From: Tubiluchus corallicola
Taxonomy: Eukaryota; Animalia; Priapulida
DNA: 64,000 bases
Direction of reading: 5' to 3'
Assembly: GCA_030141605.1 (NCBI GenBank)
Contig: JAQGDQ010000987.1
Location: 1-64,000, forward strand
Shown: positions 1-12,500 of the stretch, one piece after another
How the letters are laid out: each line of letters begins with the position of its first letter
Numbering within the stretch: position 1 is the stretch's first letter
The notes under the pieces: model-generated
Database searches by the model: none
The model's input: only the letters and a program-made list of their open reading frames with translations
Told to the model about the DNA's origin: nothing
Position numbers and translations under genes: made by a program

Positions 1-318
1 TGAGTGTGTTAATGACCGCATGGTCGTACACTCACCTCGCACTACTCAAATTATTTTATTTAAAGTTTATCAATGTGTTTGATATTGTATTTTTTGATGT
101 GTGAAATAGAATTCATAGTTCATAGTTCATAGCATATGTGAAATAAAATTCATAGTTCATAGTTCATAGCATATCACGATTTACATACTTTACCTGCCTT
201 GAGCTTCTTGTGTTCCGAAAATTTTGGTGATTAAAGATGAATCAGTGAAATTTGCCCAAAGTAAATGTGGTATCATCCTGAAGTCTTTTCTCCATCTTTT
301 TTGTTTTTTATTGTTTAG

Positions 319-524
319 ATGGAGTAATATCACAGCACTGCAACCATTACTGCAGCGACCGCTTAGAAAACATACTGTTTTTAAATGTGCAGAGTTGGGA
401 AATGCTGATCTGACAAATTGTGCTGGCATTGGTTATTCACATCTGTCTCTTGACTGGGTCCTAGACTGGAGTTACGATGAGCGAATGAACATTCTCACCG
501 AGGCTATTTTTAGCAGTGGTGGTG
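319..524 (+). CDS. SPG11: SPG11 exon (first visible)
   Basis: ttgtttag acceptor, G|gtaaac donor; SHLSLDWVLDWSYDERMNIL resembles the spatacsin L.W..WW motif. Confidence 0.8.
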
Positions 525-3500
525 GTAAACACTTAAGTCAGATGTTCACAGGGTTCGCGATTTCGGTGATAATCTGGAAATTTCTAAGCCCAACATTTGC
601 TAAACATTCGCTAGATGTTCGCCAAACAGTTGCGAAAAGGTTACCGGTGTCGTCAAATTTTCTTTAAATGTTTAAAATTTGTCGTTGGAGTCGTAAAACT
701 TGGCACTTCGCCGCCAAACATTCGCAAATTAGTCGCAATGTTCGCCAACAATCTCAGTCATCCCACACTTTTCTTCGAAAATTCTGTGAAACTGTCATGA
801 AATAATCGCAAAATACTCGCGTGAATGTCGTGCAACATTCGCCTTGTTGCATAAGAGACGCAGAAGTCGTCAAATATGCGCAAACATGTCGGCCGATATT
901 CTCGCGATTTTCGCTCAAGAAAAAACCTCGGAATTTGCAAAAATGTGGCGAAACTGACGAAGGATTTGTGACAAAACACACAGTAGCGGGAATATTTTGG
1001 CAACTGTTGGACTGTTTTGATTGTTGGACAATTTTTGATTATCACAAAAAAGTCGCTACCCAATGAGACCCTGGATTTACAAAACGAACATTTTAATGTA
1101 TATGTTGATTTAGCAGAATTGTTTTTCTCTTTTTTGTACTTAGTATCTTTCTTAGTACTTGCTATTTCAAGGTGTCACCTTGAAGGAAATGATTACTTTT
1201 TCGCTCTTGTGGTATAGCTAGGCTTTTACAATTGCTTTAAAGAGTTCTTAGGAATACACTAAACTTACATGTGATGCTTAATGCCTTAGAGATACAAAGA
1301 AAATGCTCATGTTTATTAATTTCCTTTTGTTTATTCTCCTACATTTGTTTAACAAATTAACCTTTTTTGATATCGTAAAAGCATTTTACGTATCTTGACC
1401 CTGATTCATAATTTGCCTATATCTTATCGTTTTAATAGCTTATGATATCTTTGTAGATCATGGAAAGTTAAACAGTTTAGTTCCACCAAAAGTTCTGTGG
1501 TTATACTTGCTTCGTCATAGTGATTGGAAACGCCTTCGTCCTTGGATTACCTCAGATGCTTGGGGCACAGCTATAGACTCATTGTTGGGCGAATCAGAAA
1601 CTTGGACAGCTGGTACATCCATTACAATAGAAAGAGTTCTGAATCAACTTGCTAGGTAAGCCATATAATTGCGAAGTTTTGTAAAGTATTTTGTTCTTAA
1701 GTATGTTAGTTACAGAAAGCCATGAAAATACAGTTATAGCACTTGGCAACGGTGCTTAAATCATCTAAATTATTATTTAGAAAAACCTTAATCGTATATC
1801 GGTATATCCTATGTAGTGTATTGTTCAATTGTTAAAGATATATAATAGCGATCCCTAATTCTTTATACTTGTTCTTTTTGAAAAGACAGAAAATGCTTTA
1901 ACAAGCATTTCCATTATAATTGTTATAGTGAGTCAAATGATGAGCAAATTTATTGTTGTTATAATTTGTACATAGTAACAAATTAGGAAAATTTAAGAAT
2001 AACAGTTGTACCTAAAAATCAAGTACGAGATAATAGCTGGCAATGAATTAAAAAGTTATGAATTAGTTACAACAAATGATCACTCAATAAATAATAATTA
2101 AAGAGTGTAATCGATGAAGACGTGACAACATAGCTCATTATAATTATTAATTATATTTTCTATTTTGCTTATTTTTGTTTAAGTATTCATATGTAGAAAT
2201 CAGAAATTTTCTTAAATTAATGAATATTAATCTTCTTACCCTTCAAAACAGGAAAAAATGCTTGAAAAAAGGAATATCAAATAATTAGAAATGAGTAAGT
2301 AAACATCAATGTGAGCAAAGCTAGTACTGTAGCATTGCTGCTACAGTGCTACATTTTTAATCTGTTAATATGCATTTATTTTTATGTAGGCAAAATATAT
2401 TCAGCCAGCTAGAGCGGGAAAACTTTCCACTTTTGCTTCGTCGACTGTCTTTATCTCAAGCACAGAATGCCAGTCAGTCGTTCTTTTCCTCTCCAATAGC
2501 AGCGACTGATCAATTTCATAAACAATTTATAAATTACTGCATAGAACACAAGTTTTATTACATTCTCTCTAACTATATCCGGTGTCACAGGTATTTGTAG
2601 TTTATTTTATCATTTTCTAAAGTTTCATGGCACTTCTTGCGTGTCTATTACAGATGGTTATTATGCTGTACATTCTGTTGCCAGGTTAGCAGAGTTGTCA
2701 AAACAAAATCTGGGATTAACAATAACAATAAATTTAAAGACACCATGACTATGGGGCATCATAAAAAAATTTATTGTGACAATGCTAATCGCCAGAGAAT
2801 ACAAACTACAATTATATATGAGTATTTCTTCTAATGACGACTTAACCTAATACTATTAGAAATAATACTAAGTCTCAGGAATTAACATATTATTATAACA
2901 ACATTTATCATTCATAGTAAGTTAGATGTAAATGTAAATAATGAAAAATTGTAAACAAAGTGTAGCATGCAGGGAAAAACAGAATTTTTTGAACTACCTA
3001 GTACTACATTATCAAGGTTTGCCATTTGTTAAAGAAAAAATTATGGCAGAATAGAGTGGTGTTGAAGTGACCAGATCATTGAAATTTCTAGTTTGCATAC
3101 GCATGCAAAGTGAAGTTTTCACGAACATATAGAGAATAGAGAATGAAGGTATGGAGGAAGGGAATAAGTACTGTATTGTCACATGCTGTGAGATTATAAA
3201 ATCCCTTTTGTTATGCAAGTTGGACCTATCAAAAACTTTAGTAACTCTAAATGATTTGGAATTTCTATTCTCGACTTTGCAATGTTTACAATTTTTTCAG
3301 GTTTTCAAGTAATTCCTCATGTCTATCTTCCATTCGAGATATTCCTTGGGTAGATTTAATACTGAAGTTCCAACAACTAGCAATGGAGACTTTTGGTATG
3401 TTTTTGGTAACGTTTATTTAGAGACTATCACTTGTAATAACAATTGAAAAATATTATATAACAGTTGTAAGAAATATTGGTATTGTTTCAACTAAACAGT

Positions 3501-6500
3501 TTTTGTATTTCATTATCTGATGTAGATAGTTTTAATAGTTTTACATTATGGTGTGTGTGCATAAAACCAGTCATCAAAAGACTCCGACTAACAAGGATGG
3601 GATGAGTTGAGATTTGACAATTCCAGAAATTGTTGTTATTATCAAAGCCAGAAAATGACGTACACTTTTATGAAGTTGCAAAAACTTTTGCTAATTACAG
3701 AAATTTACATTGTTTTAGACAATTCGCTTGTGTATGAAGCCAGTTGCAGTAATACTCGGCTGATGGTGGGGAAGTCTGTTTCACCTACTGAGCTCATTTT
3801 ACATCACAATCGTCTCTTCCTGGGTTTAGCGGACCTCGTTTATTCGTCTGGTGACTCAGTTACTCAGGTTTGCTATGATGCGTTTAGATGTGTTGTTTAT
3901 AAATCATGTTAATGTTACTTATTTTAAGTGAAAAATACGACAGAATAGATCCTTTTTACAAGATAAACAAACATCTGTGTAGCTGCATGTTGTAACATGT
4001 TATTTTGTAAAACACAACTTTTATTAAAAAAAACTTTAGTTTGCATGTTTACATGTTTAAGAACATGTCCAGACCTCTAGACAGCAATCTGCAGTGGTAC
4101 AATATACAAACAAACAAGCAGTTTATATATTGGCAGAGCCTACAATAGAGAAAATTTTGCACTAATTATGTATAACAAAGAAGCCAAATAAGTAATGAAT
4201 AGACAATGAATAAATAAATAATAAACGTAGAAAATGTAATATATGTAGAACAATAAATAATGAATGTAGAAAAGCAATAGATACAGTAACAGACAGCTAA
4301 ATGTCTGAAAATAAAGTTAATTGAATTGAACTGCTTTGCACATTTAAAGAAGGCCTATTGGGGTACAATACCTGCTTAAAACTATAAGTAGTCCATTAAA
4401 CCTTATTTATTCATTAAGCTTGATAACACTTAATAGTACCTTCATAGTCTGCCTTTTGTGCACGATGGAAAGACATGTTATGTTGTATACTGACTTACAC
4501 CATATTTTGTTTCTGAATGTCTGTTATTGCTGATTTATTTTTAGCAGTGAAATATTGCAGTCTGATGTTTTGTGAATATATTCAATAAGCCTTTTCACAG
4601 TACCAGCGATTGATGATGATCGTGACAAGGTCAAGGGTTATCTGAACCAGATAACGCATTTGTTTACATTTGACAAAAACGGGAGGCTCGTGCTCTTGTA
4701 ATAGTATTTGCTGGCATTAATTTTCGCTTCGGTTATTACATTTTACGTGGATTGCTGTTGGTATTTTGATAATCGTTTTTGGGTAAGAATAACGTGTTAG
4801 TTTAAAACTATACATGTGTAGTAGAATAAAAAAATAGCCACGTGTTTCACCCGTTTCGTCTACATGTAATTCCACGCATAAGATCACGTGTAGTTATGTA
4901 CGACACCTCGGGCTCAGTTAACATTTGACCTAAAGCAACTGCATGTGTGCATGGCGAAACTGTGAAAAGGTTTATTCTACCACAGTTTTAATTTTAGCAG
5001 TTTTTTTTTGTTCCATAATTTAGGTCTTATTGAAGAACCCTGAGGATGACCAAGAAGGTTTAAAAATAGCACTGGCTCCATACCCCAAACTCAGAGCCAC
5101 TTTATTTCCTCCACAACAGGAAAACAGCTCTTCTTCATCAGATATCACTGTGTACCAACTTCTGCAGGTTGTAAACATGCTGCTAAATATTATGTTTTTG
5201 CCTAAAGTTTACAATTCCCCATGCACAAGTAATTAGTTCCTGAAGTTGATTAGAGTTAGGATTAGGGTTGGGATTAGGATTAGGGTTGGATTAGGGTTAG
5301 GGTCAGGGTTAAGGTATTTAAACCGTGTGAGGAATTGTATTTACTATAAAACTCTGAAATGCATAAACCTAGTTTCAAAAAAATGCTGAATTGTTTGTAA
5401 ATGTTTGTATATTTGTAAAAAGCAGAAAAGTAATGAATGATTGCTTGTTATTTGTTCTCATTGTGGTTACTTGTGCAAAGTGAAACATAATCCTCTCACT
5501 TAAGGAACCACTTAATAATGATACAGAAAAATTGAAAAGCCCCTGTACAAAGAGCCCAGTTTACATTAAATTACATTTATGTGCTTGCAAACCAAACCCA
5601 TCCATAAGTCGGCATAGTTAAAACTACGTTATGATGCTTCAAAGTAGACTGACCCAAAAAGATTGGTTAAACGTCAATTTTTTGGTTTTTATGAAAACAA
5701 ACTCTAAATATGTTGGACTTTTATAACCTAGCTTCAAATTATCAAGAAAATGTTAAAAAAATACTAAGAGTTTAACTTTATAACCCCCTATCCACTTTTC
5801 TGTCTAGAAATTAGTACAGTGGAACCTCGACTTACGAAATCCTGTTATGCGAAAAATTCAGAATACGAATTGGGCTTCGAAGAAATTTCCTTCCCATTTA
5901 ACGAAAAATATTCAAGATATGAAAACGAAAATCGAAGGTGCCGCCCAACAGTGGCCCTCCCAGAATGCATTTCGTAGCATCACATGAACGTTTGTTGTGC
6001 TCTTATCTCGCGTGAACGCATTCAATAACCATGGGTCCGAAAAATATGAAAGTGGCATGCATTTAAGTGCTATCGCAGCGGAGTATGAGCGAAACACTTC
6101 GACGATCGGTCATTAATGAACATATTTCTTTCTCGGGTGGGTACAATATTTACACTTTATTCGACTGTTTTCCAATGGCTGGAACAAATTACGCCATTTA
6201 TATGGTAAATCTTGTCTCATAATACGAAAATTCTAAGATACGAAGCCCCTCCGGAAGGAATTAATTTCGTATCACGAGGTATCACTGTACTACAATTGTA
6301 AAAAAACTCCTATTTTCAAACTTTGATAGTAGCTCCTGGAAGCAGTCATTTTGCTTTGGGTTTTTTCTGTTGCCAAGCCCAGATCTTCACCAGGAAGAGC
6401 CATCTACTGGATTTGAACATAACTTCAATGTGTTCTTGCAAAGTCTATAGTAACCAACATTTGTGCAGTTGCTAAGTGTTTTTGTAGAAACGAGACAAAA

Positions 6501-9500
6501 AGCAATGGCAAACTTTAATAGCGATTTTCTCAAGATTATCATTTTTTATCTTGAGCGCTCACTTCAGCTTCAATGCGGATTATCTCAGCTTAGAACTAAC
6601 ATAGAGTGATGAGTTTGCTATCAAAATGATCCTCGTGATTAAGGATATGTGAATAACTAGAAAAGCTTAATTGCCGACTTATGGACGATTTTACAATGCA
6701 AGCACACATTTAAAACCTTTCTTATGTAACGTAGCTGTTTTAACCATTTAACCTAATTTTGCTTAATCATTAACTGCAATTATGTTTCTTAATTAGCAAC
6801 ATTGTAGAAAGCTGTACATGTCATTGGGAACTTTAAATTAATTTCATCGTAAAACATTGTAGCTTAATTAAACATTGATTAATTATTTTTATTTTTCTAG
6901 GGAAATTGTCCTTTTGATATATCAAAGCTGTTTCATTGGCAGACCAGTAATGTACTAAGCACACAAGATGAAGTAGGTAAGAGGACATTGCTGGCTAAAT
7001 TAATTTTTACTTAATCCTGGTTATTGAACCAGTGTACACTTATATAAATTACATGATGAAATTGTTTTGTTTTTCAATCAAAAATATAAATAATACTAAG
7101 CTCCTATGCTACATTACCGTATCTATTTATTTGCCCTTTTATTTTTGTGTTGTTTTTGTTATTGTATGCATTCGTGGTTTGCATATTTTGCATAATATTA
7201 AATATTTCGCAACACATGATTTTGATTTGCATGTAAAGGGTAATGATGATATTCTTTGATTTTTATAATCATAATATTTGCTTAACATTATTGCATTTAT
7301 ATTTTGTTATGATTTTGCATGAATTTTTGTTTTACGTACTTTTAATACGTTCATAAAATGCATGTTTTCTTGTTATTGAGTATACCAAGTTATTACTAAA
7401 ATTCCTTAAATTCGAGTTACATGCAAATTATGCTATATTTAGCATGCTAGTACAATTCATTTCTTTATTATTTCTTTTTTTGCTCATTTAGAAAGTGAAA
7501 TTTCATTTTTGGCATTTTTCTTTTATGTTATATAGATGTAAACAAGTGCATAATTCAATATTTCATTATTTTTGATTAGTTATCGTCTGCACTGCATGCG
7601 AAATATTTATAACAGAACTGAGTTGGGGTGGCTGATACGATAACGCATGTTCTTCGCCACCCCTTCCCATTTGGTTGGCTATTATAATTATGCTACTAAG
7701 CTTTAATCGATGTTGTATCTGGGAAAAACAATAAATGATTTGATTTGATTTGATTTGATTTGATACTTAATCACTTCAGAAGTGTTCCCGGGCGTTAAGG
7801 TGGGCCTTAGAAGAAATCTCCTCACTCTGTACATTATACTTTGTTTCAACACCAAAAGTATTTATCCAGTCAAGCTGAAATTGGTGTGATGATCAGTTAT
7901 GATGTTTTTGGTTCAAGGCAAAAATTTGCAGCAATTCGTTAAACTACTTAGTTAATTAATTACAGCTGTTCTACTAATTAAACTTAAATTGATTCAATTC
8001 CAAAAAACAAATATCCATTTGATATGGAATTTGGTATGGTGATTAATTAGTTAGGATGTCATTGATTCAAAACAAAAAATTATAACAATTTGCTAATTAG
8101 TTAATTAAATTGAGTTGTTTAATTAATTAATTTTAGTATTGTTGTTCAAATGAAAGATCATAGAGAGTAGAAGTGCATGGTACCAAACGTTTTTGTAAAT
8201 TCTTAATCAGTTGATAGTCTTGAGCCAGTTCTGAAGCATTTTGGTCTGTCTGTATTTATTCTTGGAAATCTTGATGCTCTGACATTAAATTTTTGATTTT
8301 TTGTTTAGAGTTGTATTGTGGTTTTATTTTATATATATTTTCTTCATTTTAGAATTTTCAGCATCAATTCCCTCTTTTACGAGTCCACATTTAACACAGT
8401 ACAGTTATGAGAAGAAGCTAACGTGTATGTATTACCTGAAACATGGGCGGTGCAGTTTTGGCTTCATTTCGTTTTTGGCTAATGACAAAGCTGTATTGGA
8501 AGGGCGAGCACCTAGTGCAACTGGGTATGTATTTATTTATTTGTAAGAAAAAGTGAATGCTTGAAGTAGAAGTCATAAATACGATTAAACATTGACCAAT
8601 TTTGAATTTCATGTCCAAAACATTCCCGCTGTTCTTAATTGGCAATCATAAATTCGTATTCATAAAATCTTCATGTTTTTGCAACCCGCATCCTTGTAAA
8701 ACTGCCAGGTAAAACATATACGTGTTAACTTTCATGAAGAGAAATATAAGAGAAATAGAACTAAAAAAGAAATTTCTAGTTTATATATGTTGATGTACTA
8801 CCAGTTCTTAATCAGCTTTTCACAATTTCGTTGTGCGCACGCGCAATTGCTGTAGGTCAAAAAAAGATTAAGTGAACCCCAGAAACACATCTTAACTACA
8901 ATCGTCCCGTGGCATGTGTAAAGCAAAGACGTCTGCTGCATCAGTTCAGTAACTTTAGTTGTTTTACATGGACTTGACTTAATTATGCATTAGTCTGTCC
9001 GTAGATTGATTTGCTATTAGGATTTTGCTCTAGAACAAAAAAAATGAACTACCTGGAAGTTCCAGCTAGCTAATAGATGTGTTAATATTACAATAGCAGA
9101 GCTGTGAGGCTTTGTCAAATGTACACAAATGTGTTGTTTGAACACACTTAACCTTTTCGGGATCATAATCAAATGCTGGAACTGTGAAAAAACTTATTGC
9201 TGTTTGTTGCAGGTTACAAAATGCTTATAAAAAAGCAAGTATTTTGGCCCTGAGGAACTACAATGACCAACAGATTTCAGCAGCCTGTGTAGCTTTTCTT
9301 GAGATGTTGGGTAAAAACACAACGTCACTGAGAATTTGTTTACAGGCAAGTGATAGTGCAGTGAAGTAATTCATTTGTTTGTGCATTACAAGTTGGCTTA
9401 TTTTTATAAGCAAATATTATCAGTGGGAATGCCTTTCAGCGTAAACCTAGGGATGTGTATGATGTGGTTCGTATTCCAATACCACTATCAGTATGTTCAT

Positions 9501-12500
9501 CAATATATCCAACAGCACACCAATCATAGTACATTCATCTGTACATCTGACAGCACACCAATCACAGTACATTCATCTGTACATCTGACAGTATCTTGTT
9601 GGTGTTTAGTAGGAGATTTTTCTACCTGTAGCTATACATTTATTAGTTACTGGATTAGATTTTGTTAGTTCCAGACATTGTAACTTTTAAATTACCTGAT
9701 GGTTTAACTTTAAAATGGCTGCATTTCATAGTTATAGCATAGGAGTCTTCATTAAACAAATTTGATTTGATTTCTCTCAAAATGTTTCTAATTCTATAGA
9801 GTTGTAGAAAAATTATCTTGGTCGAATTATGTAATAGTTTTTTAATATAACTTAATATAGCTTAACTGATAGTTGATACAGATTTAAAGACTACATTTTA
9901 TCATTGCTTCATTTAAAACCAATGCTGTGTAGCTTCAAGGATTGGATGCACAATTCACTCAAAGATATTTGAGTCTGCTATTTAAATTATTATACTCTAT
10001 TTAGGTGGCTAACCTGTTATCAGCAAGCAAAGTGAACACATCGTCCCGGGATCAAGGAAAAGCTCAGTTTTCTGCTTGTAGTTCACAAGAACAATTACCT
10101 GGCAATTACCATGCAGATACTGATGAAGTGGGTAGGTGTTTTTTAAATAAATACAAATCCTTTTTGCATAAATTTCGTATTGTGAAGCATCTTTTTGTAG
10201 AGAGATTCGACTCGAGTCACTTCTCAGCTGGATATTGTTGTGTTTCTTGATTTGCTTCTTGATGCATGACCTTTTTGAAAAAAAGCTTGAGGCTCTGAAA
10301 TTTTGTAACAAATCATCATGAAGCTTCATAGGAATATACTAGAATGAATTCATCTGCCATCTTGAATTCAGGATGTGAGAACTGTACTACTTTTGGAAAA
10401 AGCCTAAGGCAATGCTAATCCACAACAGAATGTCATGAAACTATGATAATGTACTAGAACGAATTATGCATGAAATTGATGTAAAAGATTACTGTTGAAT
10501 GATCATATATTAGTGCATTCATACTATTCATACATATGAAATGCCTGTGTTCAAGAATGGAATACTAGTCCTAAATGTGAATTGCACACTAATTCAGGGA
10601 GCTGGAACTAAGTTTACAAATGTTTTGTGAGGAACTTACAGTTTTTTTCATGGCTGTGCAGTTATTGAGGCACAAACTAAAAATGATATACAGTAAACTA
10701 TGTATAACTCAAACACCTCGGAACTGGAAAATTTGTTCGAGTTGTGCAAAAGTACGAATTAGACAATGTTTGTAAGAAAACAAGATTGAGTCGCTCATCA
10801 ACATGGGACAATACACTAGTAACACTGCAGCTTGTGAAAATGACAATTGAGAATTTAATCAAATATTAAACAACCGTTTTGTGATTAATCAAAAATATAA
10901 TGACTGGTCCACCTCAATTGTAGTCTGAGTAGCATGGTCAATAGATTTCGGTAATAATAATATTGTGATCTACATTAAACTACGTTCATTAAGCCATGTT
11001 GATGTAGCGACCTGCTAGGGTAATTCAAGAAACCTTAGCATTTTTGTTGATACAAGCAGTCAAAGTAGTAACGTGGTGCACACTTTCTCATTTGCTCACT
11101 TATAATTTCTCATTTGGGAGACTGTTCAAGATAGGTGAGGTAATTTCAGTCAAATTCTAAAGAACTGTACCAGGAATTTAGTTCGAGTTGTGTGATAATT
11201 CGAGGTACAGATTTCAAGTTAGGTAAAAGAAAAAATGAAAAAGAAAATCAAATTCCATAAGATCTGTTCAAGATACTCAAAAATTAGAGCTATACCAGTT
11301 CGAATTATACATAGTTTGCTGTAGTACTCTTCGGTATTACTTTGTCATTTATTTATTAAAATTTGCTCTAATTCTGTTTTAGCTGCAGCTATGCTTGAGC
11401 TATTAAATGGTGACATTCAAGCAGGAGAATGGCTGCAAGAAAGACTCTGTGCAGCCATAGAATCTGTTATACAAAATGAAAAGCCTTCAAAACGGTAAAA
11501 TTAATTATGTTCATTTTAAAGCAAGATTTTGTTTCATGAGCTTCGGTTACTAAAATTTAAACACTTTAGTGCATTTTAAAATGTAGAACTGCATCTTAGT
11601 GGGGCAACTTGACTGTAAAATTCAGGTCGATTGGGCCTTTCCGTTTAGAACATCTAGAAAATAGTCCTCAAAGATTAGACACTAAAATAGCAGCCCATGT
11701 TTGGATGATTGTGTGTATTCTTGATGAAGGTAAATAGTTGGAGGCAGTACTGCAACTGAAACTGCAGAGAAGCAGTTTCTTTTGCAGACACCATCCATTT
11801 ATTGGCTGTTAATGATGAGCTTGATTCTGGTCCTGCCACAATCATCTTTATTAAGCAATCCCTGCTCTTAAATGCTCACTAGTGGTTTGTATAGTTTCGA
11901 ATGTAGAAACATATCCTTGACAATGTGACAGGAAAAGGTGATATATTATTGATGTAGATTGTAGAAGATGTGATGAATTATGTAAAATAGCAGTTAAATC
12001 TAACTTGTTTGTGTTTACAAACTTGTTTAAATTTTGCTGTAAATTTATATTTGTTGATTATTTTTCAGGACTAGCATGGAGGCAGCTGAACACTGGCGCA
12101 CTGCAGTTGTTTTTGCACAAGCTCATAATCTTCCGCTTCCTGTATCATATTTACTTGATTGCGCTGCAGAGAATCACTGGTTGAGTTTTCTAATACATGC
12201 AGAATTGCACGGTTTCCAACCAAAAACGGTAATGATACTGTCAAAAAAGTTGCACAGTCAAGATGCTCTCTTGTCATGCACTTTCTTATTAGCCGTCTTT
12301 TATGTTACAGATTAGATTAGATTAGATTAGATTAGATTAGATTAGATTAGGTTAGGTTAGGTTAGATTAGATTAGATTAGATTAGATTAGATTAGATTAG
12401 ATTAGATTAGATTAGATTAGATTAGATTAGATTAGATTAGATTAGATTAGATTAGATTAGATTAGATTAGATTAGATTAGATTAGATTAGATTAGATTTT

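Noticed and set aside
615-1217. Cluster of overlapping short ORFs
   Set aside because: They fall within or next to a GC-richer hAT-like MITE in an SPG11 intron; no transposase motifs seen.
12311-12495. (TTAGA)n with TTAGG units as a telomere or interstitial telomeric site
   Set aside because: Directly abuts aataaa and a LINE-type 3' hairpin on the minus strand, so it is better explained as an expanded retroelement tail.
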